Assembly: GCA_051294375.1 (NCBI GenBank)
Contig: CM119263.1
Span: forward strand, 10,438,703-10,502,702
DNA length: 64,000 nt
DNA from: Paraspadella gotoi
Taxonomy: Eukaryota > Animalia > Chaetognatha
Reading direction: 5' to 3'
Part shown: positions 38,401 through 51,721 of the stretch, piece by piece
Numbering within the stretch: position 1 is the stretch's first letter
How the letters are laid out: every line of letters starts with the position of its first letter
Program-made: the position numbers and the translations under genes
The notes under the pieces: model-generated
What the model was told of the DNA's origin: nothing
Database searches by the model: none
Seen by the model: the letters and a program-made list of their open reading frames with translations, nothing else

Positions 38401-41400
38401 TTCTGGTCCGAAGCAATAAGAAATTATGTTATGTTTAATTATAAATAACCATGTATACAAACTTCATAGAAGTATTATTTATTATTATTGATTAAAATGA
38501 TACGAAAAGATGTTTAAGATTCGGTGAAACAAAAAACATGAGGGGCACACATAGGTACGATTGGGAAGCGAGGATATTGCCTAAGAGCTTGGCGGGAAAT
38601 CAGGTCGAGGGACGCGAACGAGGATCAGACGAACTATGGACAAAACATTTTAAAATTTTTAGGCGTTCAATTGTTTGTGTTAGAATTTTATCAAATGCGG
38701 CAAATATAGAAATTTTTCATTTTTAATTTAGTAATATAATCGACTCCTGTTGTAAATCCTTAATAACCGTTATTGTGTATTTGCTTTCCTAAAATTTTCG
38801 AACAGTTCCGTTCTAAGAACTCCCTGCGAATACTCATTTATTGGGCAAAAAATGTTTAAAGAAATTGATCAGACCGAAAATTACACAACAACATCGAGAG
38901 GTCCCACGTTTTCACGCTCAGCGAGAAAAAAACATGACTATATCTGCACACGGAGGGTACTAAAACGCCACTCGCGTCACCACATCAGTCAACAACACAA
39001 GCAGCAACAACAACGACATCAACGCATTAATTAATGCCCTTCAGAGAGAAAAAAAGCTCCTCAGCCGACGACGCACACGCTTGATAGGCCCCTCAAACCC
39101 CAACGAAGAAGAAGCGATAAACCCACTAGAAAAAAAAGTAAGTATCCTTCGAACGCAAGATTTACGCAGCGGAAAATAAATTCGAAAAACATTTCTCTAG
39201 GAGTTTTTCGATTCCGCAAACGGAAACGATGATGAAAATTGGTTTTTTTTTTATAATAAAAGAAAACCTGATAAAGTTAGTAAACAGTATGAGGAAGAAA
39301 AAAGAGATAAGGCGGAAAAATGTAAAAAGCAACAGATAAAAAATATATAAAAAATGAAAAAAAATGTATCGTGAATAAAAAGAGGAATGCGATTTTTTCC
39401 TATTTTTATTTATCAGAGGAAAAATCGTTCTCGAGAAACTTAGCTTTCCGAATTTTTTCTCGCCTTTTTTTTCAACTAATTTTCTTTTTTCAGCTTTTTT
39501 TTTTTCCTTGAGCTGTTTTGGTCTCTGTTACTTCTTATTTTTTGGTTTAATATCTTTTTGCGATTTTTCAGATTTTTTATTTATTTCATATTCATCTTTT
39601 CCTCTGTTTTAATTTTTTAAATTATGTTTTAAATTTTTCGATTGAAAAACTAACGTAGCAATTACTTACAGACAAATTTATCGTTTTAAGAGAAACATTT
39701 AATACTATAATCCTTGGCGGCATAAAATCAACGTGAATTTTTTTTTCATTATTGGCCGCCGTTTTTTCTAGTGTCCTCATTAGTAAACTTTTATGTATAA
39801 CAATTTACTTATTTTATACGCTTTTTAATCATCAAGGTTCCTACTTTACATAATGAAGAATTAAGGCAATATTTTTGTTTTAATTACAACTAATAAATTA
39901 GACTCTAAATATTTTATTTTATTTAAATTTAAAGGAAAAATTTAAAATTTAATTTATTTCCAACTATAATAGATTTAATTCACTATATAGATTTAATTCA
40001 CTATATAGATTAATTGCACTTCATATAGTTTTAATTCCTATTATTAAGCTGATTAGCTATAATATTTTATTTAGTTTCAACAAACCATTTCACTCGTTTA
40101 TTTTCTTCCTCTCATCCAAACTAATCACCAATTGCAAATTCGTTATGAGTGAAGTCCTTCCGTCTTCCATCACAAAAGCTCACTACACTTTCCCACAATT
40201 TCCCCTCTGATTTTTCAAGGCCAAGTTTCTGCTCGTGTCTGAATCGCCTTCCTTTCCTAGTCGAAAAAAACGAGAGTAGATAAAGGTTATTCTCCTCTCT
40301 CTAACTCTCTCTCCGCAAAAAACAAAAAATAAAAAAAAAAAATAAAAAAAAACATCTCCTCTGCTCTAATCTCTGCTCTCAAAGACTCTGCTACCTCATC
40401 ATCTCTCTCTGCTCTCTCATCAGTCCTCTTTAAGGGAGAAAGGAGCACAAGTTTATTGGGCCCTATATTCATTAGTTAGAGCTTAATTTTTCTACTTTAG
40501 AAAAACGTCGAAAACCCGCAACCCTCTATCATTTCGGAAGGGAGATATAGAGAGTTACCAAATGAAATTTCTTTGAAAAATTCCTGGCGCCTAAAACTGA
40601 TTGTACGGAGGTCATTCATTTTTTGGTTAGGCAATATCCTCATCGCTGAATTCTTGGGTCCATGCATCCCTTTTTTTTTTAAAATTACGGCTACATTTAC
40701 ATGAGAAAAAAAAAGTACAAAAGAATTTGAAAATTACACAAATCTTGAGACAGCAAAAAAAAAATAAGAAAAAAAAATTTTTTTGGCCTAAAAGCGATGC
40801 TAAGAAGGACCCGTGTGAAAAATCGTCCTAAATTATCTAATGGACAAGTCGCCGCTATTTTTATCTTTCTTTGTTTGCTTTTTAATCTGAAAATTTTTTT
40901 AGCAGTTTCATAAACAACTTTGTATTCGTTTCGTAAAACTTTTTTCAGCAGTAAGGATAAATTTTTTTCTTTGATTTCAAGAAGGTTTTTAATTTTTATT
41001 ACCATACTGCAACTAAACAAGAAAGCATAATGAAAGCGATCGCCTACGTGAACTAATCGATAAGCCAGAAGAAATAACAAAAGAAAGTTGCCATAAAATC
41101 AATCACTTACCAGTCTTAATCCTACATAATTTAGAATTTTACATATTAGTTTTTAGAAAATTTTTGATTGAAAAAAAAGTGAATTGAGCGTAAAATAAAG
41201 CGTTTTGGAGAATAAAACAAACGTCGCAATGAGGACAGTGAATCAACCACCAGATCAAAGGTAGATAAACAAACAAGTAAAGCAAGAAGAGATGACGTTT
41301 TGTTTCGTAAAGAAAAAATAAACTGCTTTGAGTGGCGCGCTTTAGCTAGAAGATTTTACTTTAACAGAAACCTCAAACGCTTGAATTTTTGGTCTGTCAT

Positions 41401-41475
41401 TTTTTTTTAGTTATTTTTTTTCCATCATTTTTATTCTCTACTAAAAAGAGCTTTTTTACATTTATTTTTTATTAA

Positions 41476-41800
41476 CAGCAAGTTGCAAAAAGTGCAAGTT
41501 GAAAAAAGTATGGCAGTTGAAAAAGATAAATGCTAAGTGAAAAAAGTATGGGCAAGTAATGAAAAAAAGTATGGCAAAGTTGAAAAAAGTATGCAGAAGT
41601 TGAAAAAGTAAATGCAAGTTGAGAAAAAGTATGTAGAAGTTGAAAAAAGTATGCCAAGTTGAAAATAGTATGCAAGTTGAAAAAAAAGTATAATACAAGT
41701 TGAAAAAATTATGCAAGTTGAAACTAAGATATGGCAAGTTAAAGAATGCAAAGGTGAAAAAATGAAAAAAGGTTAAAAGAAAGTATGCAGTGAAAAAAAT
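41476..41800. repeat. ~18-20-bp minisatellite (GCAAGTTGAAAAAAGTAT)n inside the Kolobok-like element
   Basis: About 15 degenerate units; a short reverse-complement array of the same motif occurs at ~20750-20800. Confidence 0.9.
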
Positions 41801-41964
41801 AATACAAAAGTAAAAAAAGTAAATAATGCCAGTTATTAGTGCTCACTAGTCAGTTTAGTTTTTAGTTTTAAGCCCTTGGCGTGAATTTAGCAATGTGAGC
41901 CACTGGTTAATTATGGATTTCAATCTTGCATTTTTGGCTTTCGTCAGAATAAAAAATGGAAAAT

Positions 41965-43365
41965 GACACTATTGGCGAGCGACGGGACAAATAGATACAA
42001 CACCCGATGCTGATTGATAAAATTAATTGAAATTGATTGAAATTTGATTAATTATATTGATTTGCAGGCCAGATACGCCTTTTATCCTAAGTGTCCTGAA
42101 AGGAGATTACAAATGAAGTTTTCAACCTCCGTCTCCGGCTCTCCAAAAAAAGGGTTTCCGTCAATGAGGTACCAAACATCAGTTTATTTTAATTTGAATG
42201 AAATAGAAAAGATGACAAAAAAACTTTTTTTTTTTTTACTCAGAGTTTTTACTTAGCGTAAGAAGCTGCAAAAAGTTTTAATTCTCGCCTATCCATGAGG
42301 CTCATGAGATCACAGTCAAGTTGAGTCTACTAACCATATGGATCACTATATATAGATATCCCAGCGATAAATTGAATTTGGCAACGAGATTAATATTTCA
42401 TTTAATCTAAATATAACATTTTTTTAGTGAAATGAAACAATAATTTTAACAAAAAACAGCTAATGAAAAAATTTAATAATATATATTATTATCAGATTTA
42501 ATTAATTTTATATATCTGAAAAGACGCGAAAAAAATTGATCAAAGAATATACAATTATATAGAGACTAGATATATTATATGAAGCTCATACCTCAGCAGA
42601 CCGAATTCCTCCATTGCTCCCTGAGATGCATACCTCCCTATGGAAGAGGATTTAGTTTATTATTGGTAATATTTTATCAGAGATATTATAAGTGCATAAC
42701 TATAAAACCATTATAAAGTAAACATATAAATAAAAAAAACATAAATAAAATATGTGTTAAGATCTAAATAAAAGCCTTAGAACAAAATATTAGCCCTAGG
42801 TTCAATTTTAGTTATAGCACAATTAATACGCATCGACAGAGCAGCGAAACGATCAAGTGAAACCAATGTCCAATGTAATTGATTTGATTTATAAATAAAT
42901 ATCAATCTTTATTTATATTATATGTAATAGGGGATTAAGTAAAACATAATTTTTAATAGTGTCGCTTTTTATATTTCAGTGTCTCTTTTTTGGGTTAGGA
43001 AACTTTTAGGATCGAGAATAAATGCAGAAAATCTTTATACATGAATGCTTATTTGGGTTTGTTTGTATATAGATACCACAAAAAGATCGGCAGACTATTT
43101 ATTAATAGGTTTTTGATTATTTAAATATAAAAATGATTTGAATTGCAAATGCTTAGACAATTTAAATTTATTATAAGTGCTGCTGCTGCGTAGTAAGCTG
43201 AATGATGGTAAAAGTGAATAAATCCCTGAAGCAAAAGGTTGCTGGACATGGAGTTAATTTGTTAATTTTATATTGTCCTAAAAAGGAAAAACTATGCAAA
43301 AAATTATGCTTGAAAAAAGTTAATCAGTAACAATTTTGCTAAATCTGATAAATGTTCGCATAAGA
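41965..43365 (+). pseudogene. Kolobok-type DDE transposase, C-terminal half, fragmented (probably intron-split; frameshifts may be read errors)
   Basis: Allowing single-base indels, motifs occur in Kolobok order: L..DG(D) (~41972-41988); KLQK(FY)SR.IH (~42263-42299, cf. KLQ.YYG.AIR); TIWIT (~42333); HC(P)E...SW (~42612-42643, cf. CP....SWC); CL.G...N.E.L..LIW (~42980-43056, cf. CL.G.TQN.NES.N..IW); AAAA...NDG (~43179-43209, cf. AV..FN.G); DK.RI (~43347). Reconstructed by eye across frameshifts. Confidence 0.55.
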
Positions 43366-45049
43366 TATAACTTCTTGCTAAACATCTAGGCCGCGCTGCT
43401 TGCTCCCAATCCACTCGTTTTTTTTTTCTTTTTTTCTTAAGGAAAAAACATAAATACCGGTAAGGTTACATTTTTAAAGCTATGAAAAAGATTCATAAGC
43501 GATTCTTACATGCATATACATCTCTTCTCATCATTGTATGGTAGTGGGAATATACTTATACTCCAAGATACAGTCGTATTTATAGCTTGTCTATGATGTG
43601 CTTTTTGATTTTTATATCCACGCTGTTACAGTCTCGTGCTCTAACTTCGATCAATGATAATGTTAAAGGGGACAAGGGTTTTTCACATAGCAACTATCAC
43701 GAATTAACGGACTATGTTTCTCCTCCCCTTAAGGATTCATAAGGCTAGCAATAAGACAAAAAGAGAAGCATTTTTTAAAAGGCCACTTTCTTTTCTTTAG
43801 CTTTTTCGCTGTTTCCCCGCGATCTCCCATTTGTCGTTTATTATTTTTTCCAGTTATTTAACGTTTACCCAACTCGTTTTTCTTTTTTTTTCTTTTTTTT
43901 TTTTTTTTCGTTTTTCACCATTATTTTTTGTTTATTGCGTCCTTTCTTCTCTCGCTTTTCCCAAAATACTAGAGTAGGCTATACCCCAACTTTCATATTT
44001 ACCTTTCTTTCCTCGCCTATGATTCGCCTTTCTTTCTTTTAACAAACCTTTTAATTATTTCGCCTTATAGCTATTTCTCTATTTAATTCACATTTTTCTT
44101 CAGGCACGTACTTAATCCTTCATTATAAGTTTCACTCTTCCACCTCCCTACCCCGGTTATCAACGCTACCATCACCTTTTTCTCACTGCATCTTTCACGC
44201 CCTCACCTTTTTTTCTCGCGGCTTTCCTTTCTCCTCATCGCCCTTTTTTTTTTCGCAGAGTGGGAACCGTTTCTATAATCGCTGGCAGCCTTTTAACCGC
44301 TCGAAGCTTCCGCTAATGCAGTAACTCGCTTATGAACAATTTGGCGTGAAAAAAAAGAGACGGAAAAAGGAGAGTAAGAACGATGGGAGGGAGAGTGAGG
44401 AGGGGGGAGTGGTGGAGGAAAAGACGAGATTGGAGAAAAAAGGTGAGACAAGGAAATAGAAAAAGAAAAAAGACTAGAAAGGTAAGACAAAAGGAAAGAA
44501 AAGAAAAAGAAAAAGGTAAGACTACAACGGAAGAAAAGAAAAAGAGCGAAATCAGGATATTTTCCGCAAACTTTCGATTTAACGTATCCTTATTTTCCTT
44601 CAAAATTCGTTCAATTTGTTTTCTCTCCATCTCTCTACTCTCATCTGCTCACAACATCAATCTCTCTCCTCCTAATACTCTCTCTTCTCTCTCTTCCATC
44701 ATCTCCTCTCGTACTCATCTCTCTCTCCTCTCTCTAGTCTCTCTCTCTCTCTCCTCCTCTCCCTTAACCGAGCCGACACAGAAAGATAAAGGCCTATGGG
44801 TGCGAGAATATCGTCTCAATTACGAGTCCAGGGTCTAGATCATGATGACACCTTGAGAGAATACTAGTCATATAGATTGTTGAATATTATTCCTTGACTT
44901 TGCTATTGTTTTGAAAGTTGGTCCTTTCCATTTATTATTCGCCTAATTCCATTTTACGTTTTTTTTTCTATTTCTTTTGCATATTTTCTGTTTTTACAAA
45001 CTAACTTCTTTCCCTTCTTCAATCCATCGTCGGTTTTTATAATTACTTT

Positions 45050-45550
45050 ATCAACTCTTCTTTCTTTCATCTTCCTTTGGTCCTTCATAACTTTCCTCTT
45101 CTCTTCCTTTCCTCTTTCCTTGTCTCCTGCCTTCCTATTAGCATTTCTGTCTCATCCTTCTCTTTCTTCTTATGCCATCTTCCTTGTCCCTTATCATATC
45201 TTTCACTCTCTCTCTTCATTTCCATATTATCCTTGTCCTTCTTACTTTCCTCTTCTCTTCTTCCTCCGCTCCAAATTAATTTTGCTTCCAAATCAACAAA
45301 TGCAAATCTTTTANNNNNNNNNNNNNNNNNNNNNNNNNCTCTTCTCTTCCTTTCCATCTTTCCCTTGTCTCATAACTTTCCTCTCCTATTCTTCCATCTT
45401 CCTTGTCCTTCATACACTTCCTCTTCTCTTCTTTCCTCTTCCTTGTGCCCTTTCATACGCATTTCCTCTCCTGCTTTTCTTTATCCATCTTCCTTGTCCT
45501 TACATACTTCCTCTCTCTCTCATTCCTACATACTTTACTTCCTCTTCATT
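45050..45550. repeat. ~37-bp pyrimidine-rich minisatellite (CCATCTTCCTTGTCCTTCATACTTTCCTCT...)
   Basis: CTTCCTTGTCC recurs on both sides of the 25-N gap. Confidence 0.7.
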
Positions 45551-46682
45551 TTCCTATTCGGCCAATTTTTCGCTCTCCAAATCACAAATCAAAATCTTTT
45601 TTTTCATTTTGGGCAAGATCCGAATAGATCTGCAGATATCGTCTTGGAATCGTTAACTTTGTGTCCTACTCATAACTCAAACTTTGCTATGTTGCAGATT
45701 TTTCATTTTGGGGCATCGAATAGATCTCAGATATCGTCTTGGAATCGTTAACTTTTGTGACTCTCTACTTTGCTAATGTTGCACCGCTCTTGTATATATT
45801 ATTATTTTGATAACTTAATTGAATCGTTTTTCTATCCTCCTTCTCCCTCCGTCGCTTCCATCTCTCCCTCCATCTCTCCCTATTTCTCTTTTCCTTTTTT
45901 CCCAATCTTCTCCGCGTCTCTTCTTTCCTCCCTTTCCTCCCTTTCCTCCTTTTCCTTTTTCTTTCCTTAATTATCTTTTTTTTTCTCAAGCGTCTCCTTC
46001 CTTCATCTATTTTATTCTGTCTTCATTTCCTTTTTTTTTTCTTTCTCCCATAATTTCTCTCAAGTCTGCTGTTTACCTCCATCTTCCTCTTCCTCCTCCT
46101 CCTCCTCCTCCTTCTTATTTTTATCGACTTCTCAGATCTAATATTTCAAAATTAGGATTTTTCGTTTCCTCTTTTCTTCTCTGGGCGTCGAAGAGGTGAG
46201 GGTGGCGCCTTTTTCACAAATATTTTTTTTCGTCGGGAATGTTGAAGATCGACCGACGCGATAATATATTAAGAATTTGGTCGTCGTCTTTGTCGTCGTC
46301 GTCGTAGATGTCGTCGTTATCCTTTTTGTTTTGTGAATTTTTAAGGCGTTAGTCAACACAGATTCCCGTCTCTCCCGCAGCAGAGCCGGCGTTGTTTTGG
46401 CGATTAACTTGGCCAAATCTATTTAAGTCGATGGCGCGAAGATTTTGACTGAAAGTCGAGTCTTTCTTGTTATCCGCGTCACCTTTTTTGACGTTGACGT
46501 TGACGTCAACGCGGTTCTTTTTCTTCAATCGTCAAGCTCATTTCGTCCAGTGTAATTTTTACTAAGTCTGACATTTTGATACCATTTTCCCTTAAGCCTT
46601 TTGTTTTCCTGGATTACGTGAATCCCCGCGTAGAGAGCCGATTTTTCCAAAACAAACTGACTTAAACTGAGGATTAAACAGA

Positions 46683-46685
<3 letters not shown>

Positions 46686-46779
<94 letters not shown>

Positions 46780-46803
46780 TCCCTCCATCTCTCGCTCTCT
46801 CTC
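46686..46803. repeat. (CT)n microsatellite
   Basis: Long near-perfect dinucleotide run; similar (AG)n/(CT)n runs at 51113-51200, 59926-60030, 61845-61913, 62334-62411 and 62920-62968. Confidence 0.95.
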
Positions 46804-47298
46804 AATCCTTACAACTGCACCAGCGTTTGTATGTATTTCGACCCCAAAATCAGAACCTTCTCAGAATCCGATTGTTTTGTTTTGATTTGCAGAACGAACA
46901 AATAAACAAAAACACAAACAAAATAAATCCTTGATCGTTCGATGACGCTTTCCTCTTCTACAACTTTTGACGAAAAAATGGAGAGGAGGAGGAGGAGGAG
47001 GAGGAGGAGGAAGATGGAGGAGGAGGAAGATGGAGGAAGTAATTTGCCGCCTCGCCACCAGAGGGAAGAAGCTTCTGTTATTCTTATCCTCTTTTTATCA
47101 GATCACATTTATTTTTACAGTGGGTTTTCGCTGTATCGTTTTACTGTACCGGCTTCGTGGGTAAGGTCACGCTAGGGGGAGAGGGGCTGGGAGGATTAAG
47201 ATAAGTAAAACGCGTTGTGCGGGTGAGACAGGGTGAGTTTGGGGAGGAATCGCAAGACGAGAGACTGAGAAAGAGGGAGGGAGAGAGAAGGAGAGAGA

Positions 47299-47330
<32 letters not shown>

Positions 47331-47438
47331 AGAGAGACAAGAGGAGAATCTCCCGATTCCGAAGAAGCAATGAAGAATTTATGATATTTTTGTTGACGCC
47401 ATCGATAAGAATGGGGAGAGAAAACGAATAAATGAAGC

Positions 47439-47479
<41 letters not shown>

Positions 47480-49106
47480 AGTGAAAGAGAAAGACAAACA
47501 TCAGGGTGCAAATGTTGGTATATAGGGAACACATAAAACGCGGCGAAAATAAAAGTTAGAAGGAAATAAAAGCAAAACAAAAGAGCTTCCAATAACTGGA
47601 CCCCCGAAGTGCAAGGGATTTTTTCGCCTCTCAAGTCAACGCCACTTTCTGTTAAGTTAGGAAATGCTTGCAGATGGCCAAGCCTTTAATTTGAGAAACA
47701 AAGACACAATTGTGACTCTTTTCCGTTGCGTTTCAAAACGCAAGGAATGTTACTATGCTAGTTTAGGTTAATACTTTAATTTGTTTATAAACAACGACTA
47801 CGGCCTATCACAAAAAAATTTCTTGATTGATTCCTTCGCATTTCATTTAAAAAAATTCTTGATAAGGTGTTGTTATTTTCATTCTAAGATTTAAATTTTT
47901 TATTTCAGGGTATTATAGTCAAATAATTTAACGCTTTGAGAAGTGCCTTGAAGACTCAAAATATTGATTTTTCGCCGACGTCTTCGTCACCCGAGGCAAT
48001 ATCTGAGCTTCTTAATTCCCTTGCACAGTAGCATTCGTCATTTATCACTACTTATCAATCATCAGTCATCTCTCATCGCTCGTCACTCCTATCTTATTTT
48101 TTAAACGCTTGGGGCGTCGCACGACTCGCATCCCCCATAAATTAAAATCTTTTGCTTGATCTTATTCTCTACCTTTCCAAAAAAATTAGATAAAACATTC
48201 ACTTCGAATCCCGATTGACGGAATCTTTCGCCTAATAATGTTTAAGATTTTCATTCTCTGACCCTTTTCAGTTGACATTATTTTTTTGCCAATCTTTACC
48301 CTTCTAAAATTTCTCTATCTCGTCCTCAGCTGATTGAGAGAGTTGCCGCCCCCCACCTTTCCCTTCATACCTCATCTCCCCCCCCCCACTGTTTCTCTCT
48401 TTCTCTGTATTTCTGGCATTTTTTCTGCCACGGATCATTTTTCAACCTTTTATGTTCGCATTTTTTCGATTCGAAAAGCCTCAATATTTTCTTTTTCCTT
48501 CCTGTCTCGATTCGGGACGAGTACGGTTGGTGGTCGGGGGGGTTGGGGGGCTGGAAGTTGGAGGAAGAGGTCAAGTGCGGGAAAGGAGGAGGCAGGGGCC
48601 TCGCGAAAAAAAAAAGATAAGCAAAGGTTGGGCCGGTTTTAATAGTTGAAGCAGGAGCAGTTATCATCAATGTGCGGGAACAAAAGGCCAAGTTAGTTTC
48701 GGAGGCTAGAGCTCTGAAAAAAAATGTAAGATACCTGAAAAGTCGAAAGGTTAAAAAATAATTAACGTATTAACGGATTTCCTTAAAAAAAAGCAAGAGG
48801 TCCCGTCAAGCCAATACGAGCACCTTTAAAGGAGCACGAGACCTAGGCGGTTTAAAAGGAGCTAGAAGCCTACATAGTACATACTACCGAACAAGCAAGA
48901 GGCACCGCCACCGTCCGACAGTTGGAAACTAGAGGGAGGCTGTCGATGGAGGAAGAAGATAAGAGGAGAGAGAAGAAGGAAGGGAGATGATGAGGAGGAG
49001 AACGAGGAAGAGGAAGAGGAGGAGGAGAAGATTGGTGAGTTTGGATGTTGACGGACCGAAGGCGAAACGGAATCCCCCAGAGGAGGCGAGACAAAGACAA
49101 TGGAAA

Positions 49107-49139
<33 letters not shown>

Positions 49140-50247
49140 TAAATGATATCGACGTCGGTAATGATGTCGAACCGTCCCCTTCTCTTCGTCGTGGGACGAG
49201 AGACAATTCGTCTTGAATACTTAATTCCAAACTCTTTTTTTTTTTTCAACGACGTGATTTCATAACCTCGAGTATTCGAGGAGTAACTCGACGTGTAAGT
49301 CTTTTTTCGGTGTATCAATCTTACGTTTAAAACGCTGATAACTCGGCTAATGATTCATCGTTTTAGTTATATACTTTGTAGATATGAGATACTTTTCCAG
49401 TCACGTGATCGTCCAAATGACCAGAAAGGGCATGTTACAAAATAAAGATACTTTTGATTTTGCCACGTCATGTTATTCCCGCAAAACCTAAATAAACAAT
49501 GGAAACTTAAGCAATAACGACGGACGAAAATGTCGAGAATTTATGACAAAAGAAAACACTAAATAAATAAACTCGTTAAAGTCTCAACGAAACACTGANN
49601 NNNNNNNNNNNNNNNNATGAAAAATCAGTCGCGATGAATCTCAAAGCAATTTAAAAAACGACGACGACGACGACGACGATCGAGACTCACCATCGATTTT
49701 CTTCTTCCTCGGGGAATTTATGCAGATAACTAAAGATAATGAAATCCTCACCTTAACTTACCCTCACTTCCTCCTCCTCTTCCTCCTCCTCCTCCTTTTC
49801 ATCATGAAAGTCTTTATCGCCGCTGTAAAGTCGACATCCACTTGCGACGTCGTCGACGCTGCCGACGCTGCCGACGCTGACGACGCTGCCGACGCTGCCG
49901 AACTTTGGCGACAACAACCTACAACGTCTTTGTTTCACGCCCGACTCGTAGCTACTTACATTTATACTAATAAGTAACCGTTTTGTATCGTTAATGTTGT
50001 CTTTTCAAGCAACATCGTAATCTGGACACCATGGTTCATTTAAAGCAGTTTAAGCATCAAGTTTTTTAAGAGTTTTTAAATTTGCAGGGTCAATGATAGA
50101 AGTGGACATCCAATATATACATCGCCCTGGTGATAAAGAAGTTTGCGTATTTAAGCAATATGAGGCAAATTTCTGATTAATATTAATTTATTAAATACAC
50201 TAGGAGCTTCTTTAACTCTTCTCTCAATCTCTCTCTCTCTCTCCTCT

Positions 50248-50295
<48 letters not shown>

Positions 50296-50416
50296 TCTCA
50301 CAGCTATGAATCAAATCCTTTTCTCAGAAAATCTCTCCTTCAAAATGGTGCAAATTTGCAGGCGGTAGAATCTTTTTTAGCGAAATTCGAACGGTTCCCC
50401 TCGTAGGACATTGTCT

Positions 50417-50451
<35 letters not shown>

Positions 50452-51109
50452 TCTCTCCTCTCTCTCTTCTTCTTTATTTTTCTCTTTCTATCTTTTAATT
50501 GGGGTCATTTTTTTTCTTTTTTTCTCTCGACTTTTGTTTTTCATTCTTTTCACCGCTTCCTCTTCTCCCCGGTTTCTCTTCCCGCTCTTTCCTGACCCGG
50601 ATGTCAGGTCCGACTCATTCTTCACAACTTCTCTGTTCCCTTTGACTTTTGCGTCTGTGACCAGCTCGCGGCGCGTGGGCGTGAATTAGAAGAGCTACTC
50701 ACTCATACTCTTATTCGTCATCTCCCTCTCTCTCTCTCTCTCTCTCTTTTCTCTCTCTCTCTTCTCTCTCTCTCTCCTCTTCTCTAATCCTCTCTCAGTT
50801 GTACCTATATTACTCGTTCTTGAAATCTGAACCAGTTAGTTTAACTAACTTGCCCTTATCGCCCTTCATTGTTTCTTTTTTATTCTTTTTTTCCTATTAT
50901 TTTGCTGACGGTTCTCGGTTTCTCCTCCCGATGTCATTTTCCTCTCACCACATCAAAGAAAATGAGGCCCCGAACGAGAATGATGAATTTTTTCAAGAAG
51001 GCCTCGTCTTCTCACCCGAGTCGGGGGGGGTGGTGATGGGAGGGAGAAAAACTGGCCAGAGAGAATGGAAAGATGGGGCAGAGAAAGAAAATACGATTGG
51101 GAAAAAGTG

Positions 51110-51175
<66 letters not shown>

Positions 51176-51721
51176 AGAGAGAGGGAGAGAGAAGAGAGAC
51201 GCGCTAAATGGTCGGCGAGGTTTACGATTGTCGTACTTTCTTCGTTTTCTGCTTCGAATAATAGCATTTATTGGACATCCAATTTCCCAAAGATTCTTAT
51301 ATATTTCGGCGTTTGAAAGTCTCTACACAAACGTTGACCATCATGCCCCGAGAAAGAGAGGAGAGGAGAGAGAGAGAGAGAGTTTTAGCGAAGTCGTTCT
51401 CCTTTTCTCGTTGTATTGATACGAATTGCCACTTACCTGATTGCCCATGAGAGGCGGCGCTATTTGGACCAATCGACCGAGTCCCATTTCTTTCGCGTTC
51501 TCCTAATGCCTCACCTCAAGTCGTGAACCTCACCCGAGTTGTTTGTTTTTCATGTCGTTCGAAGACCTACAGTATTTTATACTCCGCAGTCCGCACCACG
51601 GATCTCTTATTTCATAATTACTATACAATTTTTCCATTTCGTTATATCCCAATCTTTATCCCCATCACGCCCGTTAGCTTATATAATTCCCTGTCATTTT
51701 TTTCCCCGCCCCTCCAACCAG

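Larger units (their letters stand above)
40430..43732 (+). mobile_element. Kolobok-like DNA transposon (~3.3 kb, TTAA target-site duplication)
   Basis: Left end TTAA-GGGAGAAAGGAGCAC and right end GTTTCTCCTCCCC-TTAA form imperfect TIRs with RR..YY termini and a TTAA TSD; both flanks map to either side of the 110-N gap 29645-29754 in the other copy; internal transposase motif remnants. Confidence 0.65.
31191..45313 (+). repeat. ~14-kb noisy long-read-like block duplicating ~11700-15316 and 26522-31190
   Basis: Colinear matches (31958~12020; 34520~13835; 36075~15215; 37025~26522; 44971~31083) with a dense insertion-biased error profile; the block ends at a 25-N gap (45314-45338). Confidence 0.9.

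Noticed and set aside
51429-51445. U1 snRNA 5' end (ACTTACCTG)
   Set aside because: The following sequence does not resemble U1; it is better explained as a minus-strand splice donor.
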